A program made the position numbers and the translations under genes. From Neoechinorhynchus agilis (Eukaryota; Animalia; Acanthocephala), in assembly GCA_051530055.1 (NCBI GenBank), contig CM121342.1:2266797-2330796 (forward strand): DNA of 64,000 nt, in the 5' to 3' direction. Below the pieces are notes generated by a model. The model did not search any database. It worked only from the letters and a program-made list of their open reading frames with translations, and was not told the DNA's origin. Shown in pieces: positions 22,274 to 33,396 of this stretch. Each line of letters starts with the position of its first letter. Within the stretch, counting starts at the first letter, position 1.

Positions 22274-22951
22274 ATGCAACCACAAGCGCTATCTGAGTTA
22301 GATATTTTCTCTAATGGATGGGAATGCAGGAACTGCACTAATTTATTTGAGAAGATCTTGACCTTAGAGGATAGGTTGATTACAGCTCTGTATCGATTTA
22401 CGGAGGAATGCCACACTTTGATTTACTTGGAACCACGACCAACTATAGACAATAAGAAAAGAAGAAAGGTTTCAATGCGACAAGACGCAAAACTGTGTGT
22501 TGATACTTTAAAGTCAATGAGATTTAAGATTAAGGAATTTCATGAGACCTTATTGTACTTTAGACGAAAACGGAAACTCGTTTGGTTAACTAGCGATCCA
22601 CTGTGTGAGTACAGAAATCGTCTACAAAATATTTCATCGATTTTTGAGACTCACAAAGACTATTTACTTAAAGGAATGAGCGAAGCGGAAAGAGTGAAGG
22701 ACGTTTTAAAGGAATCAACTCAAGCGAAAAGTTTTAGTATATCAAAGGAAAACGAAATGGGAATTGAACAGATGAGCCGTGTTTTGACGCTTCTTGAGGG
22801 TATCCAATATTTTATCAATAATTTCATAACGATCCATAAACAATTAATCAAGGGTGTTGGTTCTAACCGATGTACGATTTTGAGTTATAAAATGGAAGAT
22901 CTATTGAAAATGCTTAGCAAATTAATAGAAGTGACTCTATTTAATCAATAG
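22274..22951 (+). CDS. Orphan 225-aa helical protein with basic NLS-like KKRRK
   Basis: Long stop-free ATG-started ORF in AT-rich context; no recognisable domain. Confidence 0.55.
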   Translation: MQPQALSELDIFSNGWECRNCTNLFEKILTLEDRLITALYRFTEECHTLIYLEPRPTIDNKKRRKVSMRQDAKLCVDTLKSMRFKIKEFHETLLYFRRKRKLVWLTSDPLCEYRNRLQNISSIFETHKDYLLKGMSEAERVKDVLKESTQAKSFSISKENEMGIEQMSRVLTLLEGIQYFINNFITIHKQLIKGVGSNRCTILSYKMEDLLKMLSKLIEVTLFNQ

Positions 22952-23600
22952 CTGAAGATTTTATTTATTAAACGACATCATTCTCTTATTGTTTTGGCAG
23001 AAAAATTGTTCTAAAAGCGAAATGAAAAAATGAAATTAGCAAATAGTTTAAAATCGGTGATTAATTTGAAGTAATTAGCGTTGTCGTATAGGTAAAGAAT
23101 AGCGGTGCTTGGAAAAGTTTTACGAAAACTTGCATCTGGATTACTATTTAAAGCTATTAATAATTCTAATTAGTAGTTGAAAGTTTTAGAATTCTATAAT
23201 TACAATAATTCCTATTTGTAAAATGAAGTTACATGAGTAGATGATCAGAATAATTAAGTGCTTTTTTAAATAAGGGATAGGATAACGTTTTCATTAAGAA
23301 GATATTATCTTTCGATATTTTCATTTTATTCAATTTTTGAAGGATTATTAAATGCAATCAAGGAATTTACGTTTACAAGACAACAAATTCCATGTTAGGG
23401 AAGACTGAGCTGCTGAATTAGCAAAAAATTATGCGTCAATTTTTGGTAACATCTTGGAGAAATTAGTGAAATCAGTATTTCAAGCATGGGTTCGTTAGAA
23501 ATCGTTCTCTTGTGCTTACAGAATACATTTGCAGTTTTCTTAGCTTTACAAAAACGAAAGTTAATTAAGAAATGAAAGACAAAAAATTGTGACAATAATC

Positions 23601-23685
23601 AGCCGTGTAAGAGATGCTCACTTCAACACAGAATAAAGCTTTTTAGATGACTGATGAAGCTTCCTCTTTCGAAATATTTCTTAAC
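23601..23685 (+). repeat. ~85-bp dispersed repeat with hammerhead-like core lacking stem II (second copy 29919-30002, minus)
   Basis: AGCCGTGTAAG.GATGC.CACTTCA.CACAGAATAAAG.TTTTAGATGACTGA[T/A]GAAGCTTCCTCTTTCGAAATATTTCTTAAC in both copies. Confidence 0.7.
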
Positions 23686-23759
23686 TATAAAATACCTTTT
23701 AACCGAGAGTATCTTCACTACAATTTTAACACGATTTTATATTTTTGACATCCTGGATT

Positions 23760-24700
23760 AAAAAATTCACTAATTTATTTCCGATATTTCCAACATTTCC
23801 CTAAGGTTTGGTACGTTGTAATAACTTTCAAACAATGATAAACCTCGAGGAAATGTCGGAATTATCCGAGTGAATTTAAATCTGGGGTGTAGCAAAAGTA
23901 CCAAAAGAAGGTATCTTTTCTGCCGATTGGGCGATACTAAAACATAAACTGATATTCTTGTTGTGCGGATCAAACTAGTCCGCACAAAAAGTATATCTTT
24001 CCACCAGAATGTGATCTTGCATGAAATAAACTGATATCTGGATCAGCCACTCCGGTTCAATAATGATAATGTTCATATTCCGATATATATTTACAAATCA
24101 ATCACAGACTTCAGAAAGGAAATCCATCGATGTAGTCTCCTTACGATTTGTGGGATTAATATAACATTTGTTGTGTAAACTGCAAATAAATCCAAGACTG
24201 TCCAAACTTAGATAATCCTAAATTCTCCATGAGTAGCCAATCGAATTCCGAAATGATGTTTACAAATTTTCTCGATACCAAATAGGAAATATCTCATTAT
24301 ATTGTTGTTAATTTCAGATAATACGCCTGGACCAATATAAAAAGTAAGATATTTCAATTTCACTTAGCGATATTCACTCAGAAAATTGATTTATATTGAA
24401 AATTTTCGGCCTTTTCGTTGGCCTTCTTCAGTCAGATCTACAACTTAAAAGGAACGTTATCAATTAGTTTATCCGGTGGGACTCGTAGATTGAGTTTGTA
24501 GTCAGCTTTGTTGCCAACAAAAGTACCTGTTTGCTGGAATTTATTGATACTAAAAGACAACCTTCAACCCCTAAATTCTCGACTAAAAATGATATTTTTG
24601 ATGGAGCAAAAACATCATCCTTTCCCCTGTCAATAAAATTTTCAAATGCTAAATTAATTTTTTAAGTTAACGCGATTTTGCATATACATGAAAAGAAAAA
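23760..24700 (-). mobile_element. Heavily decayed CR1-type LINE RT remnant
   Basis: SLIRTTRISVYVLVSPNRQK..KFTRIIPTFPRGLS resembles CR1 RPHLEY..WSP..RFTRMIP.L.GLS; LAFENFIDRGKD..LGVEGCLL resembles DFSKAFD..GI.G.LL. Confidence 0.45.
24394..24436 (-). ncRNA. Minimal type-I hammerhead ribozyme
   Basis: Minus: ATCTGA-CTGAAGA-A-GGCC(AACGAAAA)GGCC-GAAA-AT-TT-TCAAT; intact core, 4-bp GC stem II, AAUU palindrome, 3-bp stem I (TGA/TCA) plus bulged extension. Confidence 0.6.
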
Positions 24701-25667
24701 GTCATTCTACCGTGTTCCGCTCTTGAACAATAGAACAGCATTTGATACAATGTCTTAGATGGTCGCATTCGTTCAATAAAATTAAGTACTTCGTGCGTAG
24801 GCAATTTTAATCCACTTTTTTCTTATAATAATTTTCGAATAATCGATATATGGATTATCCACTTCGTTTAATACACACGAGAAAATTTAGCTTAGAAAAG
24901 AAATTTCGCGAATAAAATCCATATTCACCATTTTCACTGCACAAAAAAACGTTGACCGCGATACAAAGCGGTCCTTTATATTTAAATATTCTTGTACCTA
25001 AGAAAGTTCGTCGGGATTATTCACTTCATAATCCATATTATAAATGTTCCCTTATATTTAAATCCAATTCTTTTCAGATCCGAGGACAAAGTCTATCAGG
25101 ATCATCGATTTCGTATATTATCCATGCGCAAAATTTCGGCCATACCACAAACGTTCCCCAATATTCGTAATTTTTTGATTCGGAATACAAACGTTATCTT
25201 GATTACAGACTTCATTTTACCCGATTCCACAGTTTTAGCATGGTCAGAAAATCTCTAATCCGAAAAGATATAGATTTTGGACAAAAAAGAGGTTCATGAA
25301 ACAAAATAGTCTTAATTGTAACTTTGAATTTCCATCACCTAGAATAGTCGCATCAATTTCGGACAGTTCGAAATATTAAGTTTAATAGCACGAACATCAC
25401 TAAATGCGATTTTTTTACTGAGCATTATATCGGAAAAAATTGATAATAATTAGGTCAAACTAAAAATGGGTGCGAAAGTTAATTATCTAAAGAACGAACA
25501 AACACGTGATTCCTTTATGGCCATTTAAAATTGATTAGTAATAATAATAATAATAATTTCAAACCGGTTTATTTTCATTTAATCACGTGTTGGTTTTTAA
25601 ACGACCCCAGAGAATCACTCCAGTTTATACAAGTCGCTAGTTTCGATCAATATATTGTTTAAGGAAA

Positions 25668-26904
25668 ATGCCAATACTAAGATCAATCCTAAATCGAATT
25701 CCTCGCATGAACTTTAAATCCTTAAAAAAGGATATAGCGCTCATTATCGACATTGACGGCGTTGTCGTCCGTGGCACCGGCAGGGTATTACCAAGAGTTA
25801 AGGAAGCATTTAAAGTAAGTAATTTTTAATTTTAATTGTATTTCATGTAAAAATTAGATCCTTGATACAAACAAAATTCCTTACTTGTTTTTAACAAACG
25901 GCGATGAAAGGGAATGCGCAACAGCAAAAGAACTGTGTCGTTTATTGGACTGCAGAAAGGTTTGATTTAAAAGTGAACTATATTTCCAGCTAAAACATTT
26001 TAGATTTCGCCCAAACGCGTAATCACTGCGCATTCACCCTTGAGACTTTTAGTCCCTCAGTTTGCACATAAAAGAGTTTTAGTATGCGGTCAAGGGCCGT
26101 GTCGTGATATTTTAAAAAGGTATTTCTACAAAGAATTTATATCAAATTTATCTAATGAAAATGCATTTGAATAGTTTTGGGTTTCAGAAAATTTGTTCCG
26201 TTGACGATATAGCCAACTTATATGACAATAATGTAGCACTAACGGGCGAAGAGAAATCATTTGATATAATCAAGTGTATTTTTATGATGGGGGCGACTAT
26301 TCGTTGGGAGAGGACATTGCAAGTCTTAATGGACGTAATAGTGGGAGAGGGTAATCCGTATAAATGTTTAATAGATCCTCACCCGATTCCAATTATCGCA
26401 TGTGATTGTGATCAATTATGGCAGGGAGCAGCTCCAACTCCAAGGTAAGATCACACTTTTGAGTCCATTTGAGCTGAGTTTAAAATTATTTGTCTTTAGA
26501 TTCGGACATGGTATGTTTATTAAGTGTCTAAAGAAGATGCATTATTGTCATACTAACAAGGAGCTAAAAATAACCCATTGTATGGGTAAACCGTTCAGAC
26601 CAACCTACTTATTTGTTCGACGAAGATTAATTGAACAACTCGGGTGCTTGCCGAAACGACTTTTATTCATTGGGTAACTATTTCTATATTTGGATCAAAT
26701 TGTGAATTCTGAAAATTTAGAGACAATCCCGATGTCGATGTCGTAGGTGCTAATAAATGGAAACACGAATTCGAGGGATCAGAAGTACAAAGTGTATTAG
26801 TCTTAACGGGAGTATACAATAAGAAAGACAAAAAATTGGAGGGAAACAAAAGACCGAGTATTATTGTAAGCGATTTGTATGAAGCATTAAATCACGTTTT
26901 ATGA
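25668..26904 (+). CDS. HDHD5: HAD-superfamily class IIA hydrolase HDHD5/CECR5-like, paralog 1 (6 exons)
   Basis: Motifs IDIDGV, FLTNG, HSPL..CGQG, RFGHG, GKP, GDNPDVDVVGAN, SVLVLTGVY. GT-AG introns 25815-25856, 25960-26003, 26120-26174, 26445-26499, 26674-26720. Confidence 0.9.
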
Positions 26905-26950
26905 ATGGATTTGGGATAAATTCACCGCCTTCAGAAGATTTTAGATAAAA

Positions 26951-28621
26951 ATGTTGCGTCCATCTAAACACCTTATAAGAAAATTAAGATCACTCTCCAC
27001 GGGATATCGCCATAAAGTCGGATTTGTATTTGACATCGACGGTGTAATTACTCAAGGAGCAAACCAACTAGTCACAAAAACACAAGAGGCTTTTCAGGTA
27101 CGTGAAATCATCGCTAAACTAGATGAAATCGTGAAAATTTAGATTTTAACTAACCGCAATATTCCGTACGTTTTTCTTACAAATAGTGACAATTCAGAGA
27201 GCAATAAAGCAAGTGAACTTTCAAAAATTTTAGAGCCTCTCGTGGTAAGCTGTGCTTTCGTTAGATTTCATTTTAACCTAAGAACAATCAGATATCGACA
27301 AATCAGATAATTACAACCCATTCACCACTCAAGCTGATTTCAGAGCCGTTTACGAATAAGAAAATGCTGGCGTGTGGACAAGGTCCATATGTAAACATTG
27401 CAAGATCGTGAGTAAAAGTTGTAGCATAGTACAAAAAATTTAAATTCGGGCTTGATTTTTTAAACTTTAAGGAAAGGATAAATTTGCAAGTAAAGAACAA
27501 CTAATACGTTTTTTGAAATGCCATTGAGATGATTCCATGGATAAGTCGTTATCTTTCAATCAGAAAAAAAATCCCATTGTATTCTTATATTATTGTAAGA
27601 TTACATTAAAGCCTACGCCTTTCAAGAAAATAAAATTCTTGTTTTCGGAATTATTTCTCGGCACGTTAAGAAGATTTTCTATAGAAATCTAATTATAAGC
27701 TCATTTATACTAGCATAAAAACGTAAATTTTCGCTACATATATTTATCGCCCATCGCCTTCAATTTTAGCTACACTATGCACACTAAATATTTATAACTT
27801 TAGAATGGGATTTGAGCGTCTATGTACAGTCAAAGAAGTCCTTGCCGTTTTCCCGGAGATTGATACCATTTGTTGGACTAAAAGAGAAGCGGTGGCCGAA
27901 CTCGTAGGTCTTTCTCTCGCCTTTATCAATTAGAAACAAATAAAAATTTAGCTTATGAAGAGAAAAACAAGACCGGTGTTTGAGAAGATCGATGGCGTGA
28001 TATTGATGGGATCACCAAACAATTGGGAAACTTCATTACAAGTTATCATTGATGTAGTTGCAGGAAATGGCGTTCCGTTTGCTGATCACAAAGAACAAGA
28101 CCAAATCCCATTGATTTTGTGCAATCAGGATTTGGTATGGAGAAGCAGTGCTCCAAGTCCAAGGTAAAATAATTAACTGCATCCTCTAGAATATTTGCAT
28201 TTTTCAGAATGGGGCACGGATCGTTTGTGGAGTGCTTGGCGCACTTGTTTGAGGAAGTTGCCCAAAGAAGCCTTATTTTCAATCACAAAATCGGGAAGCC
28301 ATTTGAGCTAAGCTACAGATACACTATTCAACGATTCAGGAAAACCTTTGGAGAAGAGAACATGCCAAATGTTCTTTACTTTGTCGGGTAAACTTGATAG
28401 AATTTAATTTAGCTGTATTGTCTATTTTTAGAGACAATGTCGATGCAGATATTTTGGGAGCGAATAGATTCAAAAGCCATTCAGGGGAACTAATAGTTCA
28501 ATCCGTTCTTGTACGTAGCGGAGTCTACAATCCACTTGTTCGACGGCTGGTTAAAGATGAAGAAAAACCCGATCACGAAGTTGAGAATGTATTTGATTTT
28601 CTTTTAAGAATTTTCGAGTAA
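26951..28621 (+). CDS. HDHD5: HDHD5/CECR5-like paralog 2 (7 exons)
   Basis: FDIDGV, FLTNS, HSPL..CGQG, CNQDLVW, RMGHG, GKP, GDNVDADILGAN, SVLVRSGVY; short GT-AG introns at equivalent positions plus one ~390-bp intron; Arg/Ser/Leu-rich mitochondrial-type N-terminus. Confidence 0.9.
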
Positions 28622-29135
28622 ATTTAAGCATTTGTTTTATTTAGAAGTCTTTGATTTGATGAGCCAAGTCGCAAATTTACATGAGGCTTTAAGTCTAAAA
28701 GAAAAAAAAGAATATCGTGAAACTTGGTCAGGCCAAAAAACCGGAACTAAGTTCTTCATTATGCATTTTACTAAAAAAACCTACATCACAGCCATTTTAA
28801 TTTCTATATGAAAAATTTAGTCTTTTTGTTGAATGGAAAATATTAAATGACTTAGAATTCTCGAGTAACTTTAAGCATTTGTTTTATTAAGAAATTTTTA
28901 TTCAATGAGCCAAATCGCAAACTAATACGAGGCTTTACATCTAAAAGGAAAAAAAGCGTATCGTGAAACTTGGTAAAATTAAAAAACTGGAACTAGTTTC
29001 TTCACTAAACGTTTTACTAAAGTATCTACATCACAGCCATTTAAATTTCTATAAGAAAAACTTAGTATTTTTGTTGAATGAAAAACACAACGACTTAGAA
29101 TTCTCGAGTAAATTTAAGTATTCGTTTTATTTAGA
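28613..29135. repeat. ~244-bp tandem duplication (about 2.1 units) starting at the HDHD5 paralog 2 stop codon
   Basis: TCGAGTAA.TTTAAG.ATT.GTTTTATT recurs at ~28614, ~28861 and ~29103 with matching interiors. Confidence 0.75.
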
Positions 29136-29399
29136 AATTTTTTACAATTTCTCCGATGAACGTACTCAAAAAATCAAGTTTTTCCGATATACTCTTAACG
29201 ATGAACCAATCTGCAATCGACTATAATATCTACAAACATTCGGAAAGTCGATCGCTCAACATATAAAATCGTGTTAGAATTGTGGTGAAGATACTCCCGG
29301 TTAAGAGGTATTTTGTAGTTAGGGATACGTTTGTGTAAAAATAACTTTTGGTAACGCACAACTCCTAATTGAATCCAATTTTCCAACAATCACCACTGT

Positions 29400-29830
29400 C
29401 CGCAAAATTGGGGCTTCTCTCCTTCCTCGGCTGTCGCTATCACGCTAGCAGCATTGCCTCTGTACTGCGCGCGAGATATTTTGTCGTAGGAATACACCTT
29501 CTCGTGCGTAGGCGGTCTCTCAATTTATTCGAGAGATCCTGGAGCAGAGTGCCGAGCTGCCAAGCGCTCCATACGTCTCTACTCCGAAGGGGACAAAATA
29601 ATGGGCCCTTGCTAATTCTCTATATTTTCGTACCTTCCTCCCTTCCGCTGCAACTCCAGCGATTTTGAGAAAGTACCGAATGTTGCTCACTGCGAGGGAG
29701 TCCACACACGTGACGACCTGGAGAAGGCATTTGCCCTCCCACCACGGAAAGAGCGAAATTCCGTCAGGTCGACGACCGTCTAGTCGACAAAGATGGGCGG
29801 GTTCCAAGATGTTGGCGTGAGAACCTTCCT
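29400..29830 (-). mobile_element. CRE-clade REL endonuclease fragment
   Basis: LEPAHLCRLDGRRPDGISLFPWWEGKCLLQVVTCVDSLA..HYFVPFGVETYG..FLRQNISRAVQR. Confidence 0.75.
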
Positions 29831-30045
29831 CCTGACTTTCGGCAAACGAGACCGTGTCACCCGAAAGCATCAACCAAAGACGGGAGACCAAGTGACAATA
29901 GATAATTTCGTTTTCATGGTTAAGAAATATTTCGAAAGAGGAAGCTTCTTCAGTCATCTAAAAACTTTATTCTGTGCTGAAGTGTGCATCCCTTACACGG
30001 CTTGGGCACATCCCTCCGGATCCTCAGATACCTCCCGAGGAGGTG

Positions 30046-30131
30046 CTGTGCGTCATTGGCGGTAATGGATTCGAACCCTTTGACCCTTAATTGGAATCAG
30101 GAGCTTCAGCCTGCTTGACCACCTCGACACA
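30046..30131 (-). mobile_element. tRNA-derived SINE, second copy
   Basis: Minus TGTGTCGAGGTGGTCAAG..TTAAGGGTCAA..GGTTCGAATCC.TTACCGCCAATGACGCACA, homologous to 7811-7895. Confidence 0.6.
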
Positions 30132-30646
30132 TCCGAGTTTTGATCATGAATCCTGTACAAACAAATTTATAAATCATCGATATAGAAAGATTGAAGCAAT
30201 TAGCGATTTTCACAAAGGGTAAATCTGGAAGAAGGATTTATCTGCTGACGTAAATAATGAGGACTGCTTTGTAAGAACGTTCACTGTCGTTTTCGGATTA
30301 AAATCTAGATTTCAATATTTCATGGATGTAAATATCTAATTTATCGACATTAAGTTTTGTGATTGCAACATTTCCTAGATTGTAAGTGCTTGGAAGCTTC
30401 TAGATGCAGCCAGCAAGAAAAATAAGTTATTCCCTCCACTGAAGTACATCATGAAGGAGGAACCCTTGCAAGTTTGGCAGATTGTGTGATTTTATTTGTG
30501 CTAGAGGAAGGATCACTGTCTAGGATTATTACGATGAATCGATTAAATACCTCAAATCGATATTTGTATATCTTTTCGGGCTACTTAGTAGTTTTAAACA
30601 TTCTTAAGCGGATGCCGTTTGCGCAAATTAACGAACATTTCAGACA

Positions 30647-32251
30647 ATGTCTCATCAACACTTCTCCGCACCGCCATCGGAACTTGCTCGTGAAATAAAG
30701 CAGCAAAGGACACTCTTAGCTGATGCGCCTCTCGATGTTCCACGAAAACAAACTCGTGAAGAGTATAGACGACTAAAAGAACTTGAGGAGCTTCGAAAGG
30801 CTGGTTCGGCTCCCGCTGCCGTTGACGAGCAAGGCCATGATATAAATCCACACATTCCGCAATACATGGTGGACGTTCCTTGGTATGTTAGTTATGATCA
30901 TTCTAGACCCACTTTAAAACATCAAAGAATTCATCCTGAGAAAAAGAAAAAGTTTGATGATCTAAGCACGTGGATTGATCGAAGTGGAACCAAAAACGAT
31001 AATGAAATTGAAGCAGAGAAACCAAAAAGGGCTCCTCGCTTTAAACCGGGCGCTTGCGAAAATTGCGGATCTACTAAACATAAACGAAAGGAGTGCCTTG
31101 AACGTCCACGTAAAGTGAGTGTTAAGTATGGCAATGGACCGATTGCGGAAGATGAATGTACTTTGCCAGAATTGAACTTGTCATGGGATGGAAAGCGAGA
31201 TCGCTGGAATGGTGTTGATCTTGATGTTCATCAGTATAGAGTCGTTAGTGATTTTGAGAGACTTGATGATCTTAAGGTACCGATCAGAAGTTAAGAGGTC
31301 TTTAGATTCTAGAAAAGCATAAAAGTTCATTGCTAGTTTCGGTGTTCGTCATTATTATTGCTCACTCGGCACTTATATCCTTGAAATACTTCGACCCTTT
31401 GCGAAAATTAAAAGCTACATCGAAACGTCGTTTTATTAGACTGAATCTACGGGCTCTTAAGCCGCTTGTGCTTTTTTCTGATCGTTGCAGATAAGCGCCG
31501 CCATCAGCAGCAAGTGGAATTTAAATCGGATATCTTGTCGGACGATGACAAATATGTTGAAGAAATGGACATGCCGGGACAAAAGGTTGACAGTAAACAG
31601 CGGATAAGCGTGCGCAACCTTCGAATTCGTGAAGACACTGCTAAGTATCTTTTAAATCTTGACCCGAACTCAGCTTATTATGATCCGAAATCGCGTTCAA
31701 TGAGGGATGATCCATTCACAGGGAAAGATGGTAGAAAAGTGGAGGACGCTAAAACTTTTTTCGGTGATAATTTTGTTCGGTCTTCAGGTGACAGTTGTCG
31801 TTTCAATCAATCTGAGCGATTTGCTTGGGAGTCTCAAAATAAAGGAGTCGTAATACACCAGCAAGCGGATCCCACGCGTCTTCAAATGCTTCATAAGGAA
31901 TACAATGAAAAGAAGCAGGATTACGTGAGTAAGGTTAAAGAGACTATTTTTGAGACCTATGGAGGAAAAGAGCATCTTATTAGTAAACCGGAGGAAAGGC
32001 TTGTTGGAACCGAGAGTTCAATGTATTTGCTCTATGATCGTGATGGAGATTTGAAACCTGAATTTAAGAAAAAAATGGCGGAACAAGTTTTAAAGAAGAC
32101 TAAATATCCCGAGGATGTTTATATCAACGGTCATACGAGTGTTTGGGGGTCGTTCTATTGCAAAGAAGAAAATAGATGGGGATATCGATGTTGTAAGGCG
32201 TTGTTTAAGAACGCTTACTGCACTGCTGTCAGTGAAAAAGGTTTGGATTAA
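30647..32251 (+). CDS. SLU7: Pre-mRNA splicing factor SLU7
   Basis: HDINPHIPQYMVDVPWY..PTLKHQR, zinc knuckle GACENCGSTKHKRKECLERPRK, WDGKRDRWNG, SVRNLRIREDTAKYLLNLDPNSAYYDPKSRSMR, HTSVWGS..WGYRCC. Intron(s) within 31277-31490; exact junctions unresolved. Confidence 0.95.
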
Positions 32252-32541
32252 GACTTGGATTTTCGAAGTAAAATAACCATGGTGCTTCTGCTCTGTGTTC
32301 AACGAGGCATTCAAAATTCGGCGGAATCCAAGAGTGGATATTCTTTAACCTATTTTACCATCACTCTCAACTCAGCGGCAAACATAATTTAGAAAAAATT
32401 TGTTAAATAGAACGTCAGCCAATTAGCAAAGGCAGAATCTCACAACTTAGTTTAGAGTAGGCCTTTACAGAATCGTCAAAGCGAATAAATAGAGACTGTA
32501 TTTCTAGTTGGAATCTCTCAGTTTACTTAGAAAGCTATATA

Positions 32542-33070
32542 GCTACTGATTTTGGAGTGGATTACCAATCCGGGCGGGTGGCAATATCCGGTCGGGTTGG
32601 AAGGTCCGTTCTTGTAGGAATTGGCGGATATTGTTTTTAGGAGCGCTTGTAAGGTTGGTCTTTTCTCAGGTTCATTTCAAGACTTTCCCCTCTCACCGAA
32701 TGCCTTCATAAGATTTTCAACAAACCCACAATTTCTACCACATTTTATTCATCTTTTAAAACGAGCGCAACACTCGTAATCCTAATTCGTCTCATCCTCC
32801 CTTGACCTCGCACCTCCCTATACCTGCGCTCCTTTTTCCATGCTGCCGAATCTTCTCGGATATCATAATTTGAAATGAACCTGAGAAAAGACCAACCTTA
32901 CAAGCGCTTCTAAAAACAATATCCGCCAATTCCTACAAGAACGGGCCTTCCAACCCGACCGGATATTCCCATCCGCCCGGATTGGTAATCCACTCCAAAA
33001 TCAGTAGCCAGATTCATTTACCCAATCAGAACTCGGATGTTTATGAGGACCCAAAGGTACATGGGTCCTC
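32542..33070. mobile_element. 5'-truncated LINE 3' end with an inverted duplicate of its own 3' UTR (139-bp arms)
   Basis: 32542-32680 is the reverse complement of 32870-33008 (4 mismatches counted); spacer is LINE sequence shared with 7233-7620 and 17040-17590; hairpin GAGGACCCA-N8-TGGGTCCTC at 33045-33070. Confidence 0.75.
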
Positions 33071-33396
33071 TTTTTCCTTGTGCATTAACCAATAAAACCT
33101 TTTATTATTACACACGATCTACTTTTTTTCAGGTGAAAATGTATTTCTCCATTAGCTTTGTAATGTGTAAGTCAACGAGTTCACATTTTGCTTCCTCGTT
33201 ACGTGAAAGTACGAATGAGTAACGGCACTCGTTAGAGCGTTGAGTTCAACGATCTTTTGTGAATAGCACTTATACAGTCATTATCCAAAGAAAAGTAACT
33301 TTTGAAACCACTTGTGAAGATGCCACTTATTCAAAGAAAATCGGTGACCCAAGTATTTCCTCCGAAAAACGGAGATTTTCCGAAAAGTAGACATGA

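Noticed and set aside
31277-31490. Exact SLU7 intron or micro-exon structure
   Set aside because: The obvious donor (31277, phase 0) and acceptor (31490, phase 1) are incompatible; alternatives exist (AAG acceptor at ~31495 or a micro-exon) but cannot be chosen without transcripts.
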